Source: Camelus ferus
Lineage: Eukaryota
Reading direction: 5' to 3'
DNA: 64,000 nt
Assembly: GCF_009834535.1 (NCBI RefSeq)
Contig: NC_045697.1
Span: forward strand, 55,926,001-55,990,000
Part shown: positions 12,940 through 24,299 of the stretch, piece by piece
How the letters are laid out: each line of letters begins with the position of its first letter
Numbering within the stretch: position 1 is the stretch's first letter
Notes under the pieces: model-generated
Databases searched by the model: none
Told to the model about the DNA's origin: nothing
What the model saw: the letters and a program-made list of their open reading frames with translations, nothing else
Translations under genes and position numbers: made by a program

Positions 12940-13948
12940 CTCCTTTTGAATGTGTTTTTGGTGGGGATATAAGAGAAGAAAAATGTATGATGCTGGCTAT
13001 AAAGGTCCACATCATGTAAATGATTTGCATTTATTTTGTAGAATATAGGAGCTAATAGTCATTTTTATGCACTAAAATGACATAATCTGTTTTTTCTTTT
13101 TAGTTATTGCAATAAATATTTAGGACAGAGGAGAAGGGAGCAAAACCAAAAGTTAAAAGATAATGATGATGACAGCTGTATAGAGGACAATGGTCCTTAT
13201 AGAAAGCAGATTATAAATTTTACAGAAATTTCATAGGTACAACTTGGACTTAGACATCTACTGGGTTTAGGGAGATGAGACAATGTAAAATATTTTTACA
13301 CAACTCTTTGTTTTTGCATATACTGTTTTCACTTGTGAAATTCAACATTTCAAATTTTATCTCTTCTCTAAAGATACTGATGACCACTTAGCCCCCAGTT
13401 AAGTAATTGGGCATTGCTTTTACAAAGAAACACTTCTCCATTACAGCACTTTTGCCACTGTTCTTCTGACTACTTGAAGGCAGGTAATTTTTGTGATTTT
13501 AAATTTATTATTCCTAGAATTTAGTATGCTACATAGAAAATAAAACATACTCAATTGTTTGTCATGAATAAAATTTATCTAAGTAAATGAAAAATTTCAA
13601 GAATAAATGACTAAAAATTGAATGGGTGATGATATTACCTAAAAGATAAGAAGAAATATGTTGTGGGAGACAGAGGTATTTATTTTTGTCTGTTATGAAT
13701 ATTTTGGAACATTAAAACAAATACTTCAAATAAATAGTTGTGAATATCATCTAGAATATTTGAAAAATTTTAAAGTGAAGATATAGATTTAGAAATCACC
13801 AATTCAAAGACAGTATTTAAAGCCATGATGGTTAAATGGGATAACTAAGGAAGAACACATAAATCAACAAAAATAGGAGAAACTTGACCAAAACCAATAC
13901 AATGAGATGAATACAGGAAAGGATTCAGAGACTCAGAATGATGAATTC
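12940..13948 (-). mobile_element. Highly decayed L2 fragments
   Basis: Weak L2-like motifs (gatatagatttagaaatcacc...gtatttaaagccatg); boundaries approximate. Confidence 0.45.
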
Positions 13949-13960
13949 AAAAAAGAACAT

Positions 13961-15403
13961 AAGACTGACACACCATGAGCAATTAATCTTTGACAAAGGA
14001 GAGAAGAATATACAATGAAGAGATGTCTCTTTAGTAAATGGTATAGTGAAAACTAGACAGCCATATGTAAATTAATGAAGTGAGAACATTCCCTCACACA
14101 ACACACAAAAATAAACTCAAAACAGCTTAAAGACAAATATAATTCATGATACCATAAAACTCCTAGAAGAGAACATAGGCAAAACATTCTCTGACATAAA
14201 TCGTACCACCAATGTTTTGTTAGTTCAGTCTCCCAAGGCAAAAGAAATAAGAACAAAATTAAATAAATGAGACCTAATCAAACTTTGAAGCTTTTCTACA
14301 GCAAAGAAAACCATAAACAAAATGAAAAGACAATCTACAGACTGGGAGAAAATATTTGCAAACAAGGTGACTGACAAAGGCTTAATTTCCAAAACATACA
14401 ATCAGGTCATACAACTCAATAACAAAAAAATAAACAATCCAATCAAAAAATTGGCAGAAGAGCTAAATGGGCATTTCTCCAAAGAAGACATACAGATGGC
14501 CAAAAGGCACATGAAAAGATGCTCAACATTGTTAATTATTAGAGAAGTGCAAATCAGAACCACAATGAGGGATCACCTCACACTGGTCAGAGTGGCCATC
14601 ATCAAAAAGTCTACAAATAATAAATGCTGAAGAGGGTGCAGAGAAGAGGGAACCCTCCTACACTGAAGGTGGGAATGTAAATAGGTGTAGCCAGTATGCT
14701 GTACATAGTATGGGAGTTCCTTAAAAAAAAACTGAAAATAGAGTTACCATATGAATCAGCAACCCTATTTCTGGGCATATACCCGAAAAAGACAAAAACT
14801 CTAATTTTAAGTGAAACATGCACCCCAATGTTCATAGCAGCACTATTTACAATAGACAAGACATGGAACCAACCTAGAGTGTCCATCAGTGGATGGATGG
14901 ATAAAGAAGATGTTATATATATATACACATATATAGTTATACACACACACACACAAAATGGAATACTAAGCACCCACAAAAAAAAAGCAGCACCATGGAT
15001 GGACCTAGACATTATCATACTAAGTGAAGTAAATAGGACAGAGAAAGACAAATACTGTACAATATCACTTACACATGGAATCTAAAAAATAGTACAAATG
15101 AACTTATTTACAAAACAGAAATAGACCCACTGACAGAGAAAACAAACTTATGGTTTCCAAAGGGGAAGTGGGGAAGGATAAATTAGGAGTATGTGATTAA
15201 CAGAAAAAGACTACCATAGATAAAACAGATAAACAACAAGGATTTACTGTATAGCACAGGAAAATATATTCAATATCTTTTAATAACCTATAATGGAAAC
15301 ACAATTTTTAAAGAATATATATATGTGTATAACCAAATCACTTTGCTGTACACCTGAAACTAACACAACAATGTGAATCAACCATATTTCAATTAAAAAA
15401 AAA
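13961..15403 (+). mobile_element. 5'-truncated cetartiodactyl-type L1 (ORF2 C-terminus, 3'UTR, A tail)
   Basis: ORFs [14 protein letters not shown]... and TCTPMFIAALFTI; 3'UTR acaaggatttactgtatagcacagg; A tail about 15395-15403. Confidence 0.92.
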
Positions 15404-16325
15404 GAATGTGTTTTGCTGTACTAAGCCTTAGGGACAAAAATATTTTCTGTTATCAAAGACCAGTGGAAGACACAAGAAAATAGGAATAAAGCAGAATAGG
15501 ATGTCATATATTTTTAATGGCGATATCCACAAACTTAAAAGGCAGATTGTTCCAACTAGATGGGTCATAAAAGCCATATGCAAAGATATATTAGTAGGAT
15601 TACTGTGTTAGATAACTGACAGTGGTCCAAGTAAAGCTGGAGGCTTAAGCCCTGAGAGAACCTCGTAGAAAGAAAAGGAGTAAGAAAGTCAGAGTTCGTT
15701 GAGGAACCTACAAGTGTTAGAACAAATGGATCACGGACTCTAAGAGGCTGAAAATTAAATGAAAGTCATATCATTAACAACCCTCTATTAGATGCTAAGG
15801 TGTTCTGGCTTTGTCCTAATAGTTTTAAGTAAACATGGCTTTTTAAAAAAAAAATTATGCATAGAAGTTACATGATCAGATTTTCATTTTATAAATACCA
15901 CTATGTCATAATCATGACAGTGGGGAAAATGGGAGGCAAGAAGTTTCTTTAGGAAGCTGATTCTTCTCTCAAGATACGAAATTATGAAATTCAGAACTAA
16001 GATTGTCAGCATATAGAAACAATGCCAGCCTGTGGAGTTGCAAAAGAGAAAGCAAATTGAAAGGATTTAGGGATCTGTACAGAGCCTCTGGCAAGTCTCA
16101 ATATCTCAGAGCTCAAGGGTTTTGAACAAAACTGTAAATCTTCTGCAAATAACTCTTCTACTTTTAAGAAACAGATTTTCATTTGCTGTTCAGCCGTGGC
16201 TAGGAATCTAAAATTCTGCAAACTGTTCTGTTCTTTATGAACTGGGTATTAACTGATCCAGAAAGGCACAAATATGGAATGTGCAGCAACATTCCTTCAT
16301 CAAGTGGAAGCAGTATGTACAAACA

Positions 16326-17225
16326 GTCCTCACTTTGCACAGTTCCAATATGCACAGATTTTAGTTGCTCTGGTTTAGCTAAGTACCAGTCTCCTAACAA
16401 ATTTCAAGTACTATGGTATATTAGTTTTGAGTAACTGTATGAAATACCATCTTCACTGCCAGCTCTGCAATCTACAAGTCACTAGGTAAATAACATGTGT
16501 ATCATGATCAGTGACCAATCATGTCATTTTTTCAGTTTGATGGTTGGTCACTGTGTGTCTATTATTCAGCTCATGTTCAGACACAAAAGAAAGCAGTTAT
16601 GTTACAACTTTGTGTCCCACTGATAAACCTACAAATGTGATCAAAACCAAAAGTTGGTAATTAAAACAGGGAATTTTCAAAAAAATGAAAGTGCAACAAA
16701 GTAATGAAAAATAATATTGCTATAAACTAAATCTAAGTGGGATATAAACAGAGCTGAAGATGAAAAAGCTAACACTGACACCGTCACCACTGGAAAACTC
16801 TACATATGTGGAGCCTAGAGAAAGTGAAGTCACTGATACAAAGGAAAAAAGTAATGAAAAGGAAATGATGTCTCTGGGGTAGTTCCACGTATAAAGGGAT
16901 TTTCTCAGATATTTCACAACATTGAAAGTACATAGGATACAATTTTGGAAGCTGATACAAATTCAAAAAGAAGTACCACAATTCACCCCAGTCTAAAAAT
17001 GCTCACTCCATGTTGTAAGTTACACAGCATGAAGAACTGCAAACTACTCTTGGTGAGATTTTACAAAGAAATAAAACACTTTAACTTTCAATGTTTCTAA
17101 TGTTTTAAACTACAATGTACTAATTACATTTTAGTTTTACTACTTTTTTAGTTGCCTGTACATTTCTAACCAACAGTAAGAGACTTTACAAGGTTCTGAC
17201 AAAAATTTAAAGGTCACAGGATAAT
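16326..17225. mobile_element. Tigger13a-like DNA transposon
   Basis: Starts cagtcctcactttgcacagttccaatatgcac; internal catgatcagtgaccaatcatgtca and ttggaagctgat motifs match the recalled consensus. Confidence 0.8.
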
Positions 17226-17404
17226 TAAAACGTTTCAATCTGACACATCTGCTTGAAAAGCTATGATTACTCTGTGACCTTTATATTTTTTCATTTAAAA
17301 TTTTAAAATATTTTAAATTTAACAATAATTAAATTTAAATTTTAAAATATTCAGCTTGTAGTCACTTTTACAAGCTTGTACTGCTATGCAAAGATAAATA
17401 AGGA

Positions 17405-17770
17405 TATAGAGCCTGCTGGAGTAAAGGTTTTGTCACCCAAACAGGTAAATAACCCCAACCAGTTAAAATACCAGCTGAGGGCAAAAGCATTATGAATAGA
17501 AAATGGAAGAAGGAAGCAACAGATAGCAACCGTGACTTCATGGTCCTTTCAGAAATGGGAACTGTATGCATACACTACCAACTTTCACTCCTTTCCCCTA
17601 GTTTTTATTTTCATAGAATCAGTGTTGGTGTTGGTTATCTTTACAAACTGGGGCTACAAAATATTCAGACGTAATTGTGAACAAACTCAAAGAGGAATTT
17701 ACATCAGTCAGAGCATAATACAGAGGTAGATGGACTTTGTGTCTATCCTGTTTGGAAGGAATGTCTTAAA
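17405..17770 (+). mobile_element. ERVL-class internal (3' end) fragment
   Basis: gtcacccaaacaggtaaa...gctgagggcaaaag...tggaagaagg resembles the ERVL/HERV16 internal 3' region. Confidence 0.55.
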
Positions 17771-18358
17771 TATGTGATAGTTGCATTGTTTAAAATGGTA
17801 AAATGGTATCTTATTGTTACTGCATTCCAACTTGAATACGAAGAGAAAAATGCGATGTGATTAAAAGAAGCAACATAAACAAATGCTGAGTAACAGGATA
17901 ATTGTGTGGGTAATTTGCCTCTTGGCTATCAGCTTTCTGATCTTGGTCATTCTATAAAACTATCTGCCTGGGATGGGGGTGCAGAGTAGTATTTTTCTCC
18001 GTAAAATTCTGAGTGACTATCTTTCTTTTATAACGCAACTTTTCCAAACAATTAAGATTCTGCTTCCCAAACTTCTCCAAACCCCGATGCCTAGGACATC
18101 AGAAAGCCTGTGGGTGGCACAAAAAGTGGCCTCAACGTTTGGCTAAGCCTGAAGCCAGCCAGCAGGTGCCTTCCCAGGGCAAGGACAGCACCCTCCTCAC
18201 CACCCCCGCCCCCACGTCCAGTGAGCAGGCCCACCACGTGCCCTCTGAGGAGCTGAGTCTCCAGGGTCCACGCTCCGCGGGGCAGCAGAAACCTGCCAGC
18301 CTCAGAACCACAAACCCCCGCCCACCCCTTGGCCAACCGGCCTGGGGCCGCCACTCAC

Positions 18359-18445
18359 CCCCGTCCTCACGACTTCCAGCACAGCCCTCCCATGGGTCCC
18401 TCGCGGGTTCCGCAGACTCCTACTCAGGCGTCAGACCTGCGCACT
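18359..18445 (-). other. Candidate non-coding first exon (minus strand); 5' end approximate
   Basis: Consensus donor gacgggg|gtgagt downstream of the ETS pair; the only ATG (18393) gives an 8-codon uORF. Confidence 0.45.
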
Positions 18446-18519
18446 GGCGGCTCCCAGGGTCACCGGAAGTACGGCCCAGGAAGTGCGGCCCAGGTGCGCC
18501 CTGGAACACCCCCGCCCCC

Positions 18520-18728
18520 GTCAGGACCGTCGAGGTCCTGGCCTGAGAGGGCTAGTCAGCCCGAAGTGCCCAGCGGGGCTGGCTGCGTGAGCACTTCCCA
18601 GCTCCTCACTGCGCTCGCGGATTTTCTTACCTGCATTCATCAGACGTCGACGTCGGGGAAGACAGCAGCTCCTCGCTGCTCATCTGAAAACCCGGAGCGT
18701 TCCAGCGGCCTGCCTCCGGGACTCCGTG
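18520..18728 (+). other. Candidate plus-strand first exon; start approximate
   Basis: Donor ccgtg|gtaagt at 18728/18729 near the right edge of the CpG island. Confidence 0.4.
18631..18683 (-). other. Candidate minus-strand exon with two ATGs (18683 and 18640)
   Basis: Strong donor atgaatgcag|gtaaga; ATG 18683 reads MSSEELLSSPTSTSDEC; ATG 18640 reads MNA with a phase-1 end. Confidence 0.4.
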
Positions 18729-19284
18729 GTAAGTGCGGCCGACCCGGCCTGGCCCGTAAGGTGCAGACAGACAGGGGTACTGGGTCACGGCACTTCAGGC
18801 TCCGTGTCCCATGGTTCAGTTTTGCATCTGCACTTTAAAGGGACTGCAGTGTAACAAATAATGGAGTTGCTATTGGAAGTCCCCTCTTTTTATTTCTCCT
18901 CCCTTCCTTCACTGTCTCCAAACAAACAAAAATCATTGACTGCCTTTCAAGAATCCCTCTGAGAACAATCTCCACCATATTACGTGACGAATTTCCAGTA
19001 TTACTGGACAAAATGTTTAGAAATTTGAAAGGATTGATAAGACCATAGCAAAGGAGACGGAAGTATAGTTGTCCTTCCAGAAAAATGATTGCTCCACATA
19101 ACAGTCTTGAAATTTTCTTCAGCTACCTGTCTGTCAGCTTTTGAACTCATTTCCCATTTAATAATAATAATGATGATGATGAGATTTACCGTGTCCCAAG
19201 CACATAATTTAATAAAAAATAAAATCATTTATAGCAACAGGAAAAGGGTAATTATTATTATTATTATTAATTAGTGTTATTACT

Positions 19285-19420
19285 GTTGGCATTCTACAGA
19301 TGAAGAAATTGAAGCTAGTGAGATAAGGAGACTTGCCCGGTACCAATACCTCATGCTGTAGGTGAAAGCATCAGAATTGAAACACTTGGAGTCTTGCTTC
19401 AGAGCCTCATTCTTAACAGT
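19285..19420 (-). mobile_element. MIR SINE fragment
   Basis: tacagatgaagaaattgaagct...gacttgccc MIR core. Confidence 0.75.
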
Positions 19421-19429
19421 CTGTCTCTA

Positions 19430-19990
19430 ACCAGAGAGCATGAGTAGCAGCACTAGGGAGGACCACACGGCATACAATCTTAATTTTGACCTATGATTCT
19501 AACCAGAGAACCCCATTGCCTAGTCTTGACAGTTAAATAAAGAGAGTATAAAATACTAAACATTGTTCTTTTGCACATTATTTGACCAGAGGACAGAATT
19601 TGACTGTGAAATCTCTGGTCATCCTCAATTGTTTAAATGACTTCAGAATAAACCAAGCACATATTGACTCACTGGAAGAGATCAATAGCAACTGTACAGT
19701 GGAAATTACACCATTCAATGACCCATGTTACATCAATATCTGCAAAAGAGTAAGACAATGCTGTACACTCTCTCAGAAATGTTCTGCTGTAGCCCTAAAA
19801 CTACTCTTTAACCAAATCAGCTGGGAACACACAGTCAGCAGAGATGATAAACAGCTCATGCAGTCTCTGTCAGATGATTTCGTGTCATGTGCTAATGACA
19901 CGCAGCACAATTAGGAAAATAAATATCTGACTAAAATACTAATCTCATGAAATTGGATTAGTAAATACAACCCAAATAAATGCTTGTCTG
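19430..19990 (+). mobile_element. Ancient RTE-clade LINE reverse-transcriptase fossil (MamRTE-like)
   Basis: Degenerate RTE RT motifs in order: REYKI, FD, EITPFNDP, KRVRQCCTLSQK (cf. RGVRQGDTLSPK), SDDFV (cf. FADDIV), EIGL. Confidence 0.75.
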
Positions 19991-21371
19991 AGTAAATTTG
20001 GAGAATTGTTCACAAATGTTTGTTTCTAACAGCTCTTAAAGACCCACAAAAAATATAATTAAGAAAAAAATATTTAAACATGCAGCATCATGGAGAATAG
20101 AGAAAAGGAATGTATCAGTAATATCAACATTTTTTAGGAAGGAAGCCACAGATTATCAGTACTTTACTTCTCAAAAACAAAGAAGCTGAAGTCTAAGGAT
20201 GTGGGTTTGGGAGTAGTGAGAATCTTGTAAGAATTCAAGTCACAGAGTCTTGGGAAGATTTAGCAATGGCAATCAACAAGTACTTCTTAAAGTAGAACTG
20301 AAAGGCTAAACCTGACAAAAATGAATTAAATATCTTCACAATAAGAAGTTAGACACTACTGTCCTCTTTACTTCCCTATATCGCGTTAATTGCTCCATCT
20401 GCACTCTGAGAGAATATAGGGAGTTTATTCCTAAAAAGCTTGGAACAGAGAAATTAGAAACTTGGTCAGGGTTATAAGAGGTCAGAGGAAAAGCACTATC
20501 ATGAAAAAAGATAAAATGGAAGTCTACATAGTGAACAGGGAGACCTCCTGGTTTCCTTGCCCACTGGACTGCAAGCATATTGTTAGCCAAGCTAATACCC
20601 TTCCAGGAAGAAGACTGAAGAATTCTTTTTCTAGGAAAATTAATTAGCCTAAGGAAAAAACTCTAGAAATAAAGACAGCATGGGGAGAGATGGTTACCCA
20701 TGAAATAACTGGATGCCTGGCTATTAGGTGTGTTGAAAATAAATAGTAGATACTTTTTGTATGTACAAACACAAATCTCTTAATGTATTTTGTTCATCTC
20801 CTTAAATATCAGCCAAAAAACCCCCAAAATTATTAAGAAAATCCTTCAATAGAGAGAAGTCAGAGAACCAAAACTTATATTACCAAAAAAAAAAAAAAAA
20901 TCAGTGGGAAAAGAAACCACACAAGTAGTAGAAGAATATAATTATATATATGTATGAATTTATAAATGTGTATCCCTACACATTATCACATATGTATGTA
21001 TTTATATTGATATGTAATATATAGAGGGAATAATCTTAGAGTGAGTAGATAAGCTATTGCAACTGAGGAAATAAAACAGGAAAATTTAGAGAACAAGTAT
21101 TAAAATATTGTGGATTAAGGGTAAAATAGACTCTTTTATTGCTAAGAGGGTAAAAGATAGATTAAAAGACTAGCATAGGAAATATAAAAAAAGTCAAAGA
21201 TGGAAAATGGAATTTATAAAATGTAGAGGTTAAACAAAGTGTTCCAAATAGCTGTCTCACAGTAGTTCCAAAACAAAGAGAAAAATTTCGAATAAAGAAA
21301 TGTTGAAGGGAACTTTGTGAAGTAAATATTTCAAAAAATTCCTCAAAACCAGGAAAGTTCTATTTACACAT

Positions 21372-21768
21372 TATGATAGATTTTTTTTTGATATTCAGCT
21401 TTTCTAGGCTATGCTCAGTCCTAGTTATCAAACACTAATCTGGGTGTTGCTGTGAAGGTATTTTGGAAATGTAAGGAAAGCCCTTGAGCAGATGTCTTTA
21501 ACTAAGAGATTATTTTGAATAATCTAGGTTGCACTGACCCTAATCAGTAAGAAAGAGAAGAAATTTCTCCCCTGGATAACACTTTATGATCTTTCTTTTG
21601 TAACTGGCTTCCCTGTTGATTTTTGACTTACTTATCCAGGCTCCTCCCTTAGTTGAATAGATCTCTTTATATGCTTCTGTATATATGTACATATGTATAT
21701 GTGTGTATATATGCACATATCCCTCTCCTACTGGTTCTGCTTTTTATGGATAAAACTTGACTGATACA
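21372..21768 (+). mobile_element. MLT2D-like ERVL solo LTR
   Basis: caaacactaatctgggtgttgctgtgaaggtatttt; ends cctactggttctg...gactgataca; 5-bp TSD cacat/cagat. Confidence 0.85.
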
Positions 21769-22038
21769 CAGATTGAATGGACTGATTTAGAAACTTCATT
21801 AATAGAATAATGAATACCTACATTAACACATGCTATTGGAAAATATCAGAGCACCAGGAAAGGAAGAAAATTCAGGAAAGAGAAAGGATGGGAAAAAATA
21901 TTGTATATACATGAGTTCTCTGGAACCAAAATAGCATTAAACTTTTGACAACAATATTAAAATATATGATACGACTTTTTAAAGATGCCTTCAATCATCT
22001 GAGGAAAAGTTATGTACAAACAAAAATTACGTAGTCTG

Positions 22039-22499
22039 TGTTTTGGATTAAATTGGGTCACCCCAAAATTCAAATGTTGAAGTCCTAATCCCCAATACTC
22101 TGTTTGTAAAAAAGTGTTATTTAGGATGTAATTAGTTAAATTGAGATGAAGTCATAACTGGAGTAGGGTGATGAGTAGGATGGACCTCTAGTCCAGTATA
22201 ACTAATGTCTTTATAAAAAGAGGGAAATTTGGGCACAGACACAAATACTATCTGAAGATAAAGGCAGAGATCAAGGTTATACTTATACAAGCCAAGGCAC
22301 ATCAGACATTGCCAACAAAACACGAGAAACTCAGGGAGAGACATGGCAAGGATTCTTCCTCACAAAACTCAGAGGGAACCACTCAGCCAACACCTGTTAT
22401 TGGACTTTTGGCCTCCAGAACTATGCAACAATAAATTTCTCTTGTTTAAGCTAGTCAGTTTGTGAAACTTTATTAGATCAGCCCTAAAAAATTAATAAA
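22039..22499 (+). mobile_element. MLT1B/C-like MaLR solo LTR
   Basis: ccccaaaattcaaatgttgaagtcctaatcccc...gcctccagaactatgcaacaataaatttc; TSD gtctg/atctg. Confidence 0.88.
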
Positions 22500-23609
22500 A
22501 TCTGATAAATTAGCAAATAAAAGTAAGATAGAATGTGAATACTTTCAGAGGTACAAGATCTCAAAATATTTGTTTCTTACACACTCTTAGACACAAAGAT
22601 ATAAATTAATGAAACAGAAATAGGAAAAGAGGTGAAAATTTAGAGAAATTTCTATAATGATGCTGAAAGAATGTCTGTGGATGTCAGTTGTGCAGCTGGC
22701 AGATTTCTAGCAGGCCCATAAAATAATCAGTATGTATAAGAGCTGAAGGATAGAGGAGCCCTGAAAAAATATCTTCAAGGTGAAAAAAAAAAAGAAAGAA
22801 TAGATTTCTTGATGTAGTTAACCATATTAGAAGAGATTTATAATATGGGGGAAGGGACAGGGGAGAACTTGGGTACTAAGAAAGAATACTAAGTCAATGA
22901 AAACAAGGCAATTGTTAGCTCCAAGAACAGTTATGTAAGAAAGGAAGAAAAAATCATAGTATAGCTCATGGTTCATCCTTGTAAAGTACTAACACATCAT
23001 AATGATGTGAAACATAGTAAACAAAAATGTGATGTATTTGAAGATGTGAACAGAGAAAGTATGAATGAGCATGGTTGTGAAAAAAGAAACCTAAAACTTT
23101 ATTGTTCGTAATTGAAAGTCATTCAATAATCCTAGCATTAGATACCAAGAAATAGTATAAAAGGTAAGAATTTGATGGTAGATATCTAAGAAACAGTTTA
23201 AAACTGTTTGAATCTGGGAGACAAGATGGACATGGAGGACATTTTAGTTTAAAACTTTGGAGTAGTATTTTATTTTTAAAACTCTATACATTTATTAAAT
23301 GGACACCAAAACTTTCCATAATGATCTTGCTCAGCACATTACTCAATCCAATCAAAAAAGAAAAAACATATGCCCATACTTGCTCAATCATCAAGTGTAA
23401 AAGCACATTCACTGATAAATAAAACAGAAGTATGTTTATGAGCATAAGCACACTTACTGTATAATATACCTCTCTGTGAAGACCTGTAGTCTTAGTAAGA
23501 AAACATGATATTGAGTTCTTGTATACAACCATTGACTCAAGAGAAATAGCTAGTTTTTATACAGAAATAAATGGGATGATTTGTATATAAATTTGACTAG
23601 GGCTATATC

Positions 23610-24105
23610 TACAGTATTTCCATTGTATAAGTGCTGTATTTTGTTTATCCATTTAATGGTTGATGGACATTTGAGGTGTTTCTACTTTTTAGCTATTCTG
23701 AATAATGTTTGCATGCACACTTGTGTACAAGTTTTTGTGTGAACACTTTTTTTAGTTCTCTGAGACAGAATCTCTAGGTAATATGATAATTATATTATTA
23801 ACTTGTTGAAGAAAATGTTTTCTAAAGTGGCTGCATTATTTTACATTCCCACCAGCAATGTATGAGTATTTCAATCTCTCAATATTCTTGTCAACACTTG
23901 TTATTGTCTGCCTTTTTATCATATCCAATACAGTGCTTGTAAAGTAGTATCTCTTAAGATTTTGATTTGCATTTCCCTAATGACTAATGATGTTGAATAC
24001 ATTTTCATGTGTTTATTAGCCATCTGTATATTTTCTCTGGAGATATTGTCTGTTCATTCCTTTGATCGTTTTTTAAATTGGCTTGTCTTTTACTGTTGAG
24101 TTTTT
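23610..24105 (-). mobile_element. L1MB-like ORF2 3' fragment
   Basis: ttacattcccaccagcaatgtatgag; ttttgatttgcatttccctaatgactaatgatgttga. Confidence 0.85.
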
Positions 24106-24299
24106 GTCTTTTATTCTTGCCTATCTGATGATTACAGTCTTCCTCTCTAGAGGCTGCTTTTCAGGGAACATTCAAACGAGACAAAAACATCTTCATAGTC
24201 TACAGCTATTTGAAGAGGTCTATCTACATATCTCTTCTCTGAACCTCCTTGTTACAAATTTTCTGATTTTATTTCTTCTAAGTTTTCTGACCTTTTAAC

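Larger units (their letters stand above)
18190..18810. promoter_or_regulatory. CpG island, probable bidirectional promoter
   Basis: Abrupt GC/CpG-rich block. ETS/GABP motifs accggaagt 18462-18470 and caggaagtg 18477-18485; GC boxes ccccgcccc near 18204 and 18510. Donors: minus GGG|gtgagt (exon end 18359), minus CAG|gtaaga (exon end 18631), plus GTG|gtaagt (exon end 18728). Confidence 0.88.
20480..23290 (+). mobile_element. HAL1/L1ME-type old element interrupted by two LTRs
   Basis: A-rich decayed ORF1-like sequence continues across the insertions at 21372-21768 and 22039-22499. Confidence 0.6.

Noticed and set aside
12627..12949. RE/RG-repeat and LS/PS-repeat proteins
   Set aside because: Translations of the (GA)n/(GGGAGA)n microsatellite.
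16006..16221. 71-aa minus ORF as a coding exon
   Set aside because: No convincing splice boundaries or recognisable homology; it lies between decayed repeats.
18091..18838. ORFs of 87-169 aa in the CpG island
   Set aside because: High GC suppresses stop codons; both plus ORFs start at TTG; the peptides are P/S/A/G-rich with no recognisable domain.
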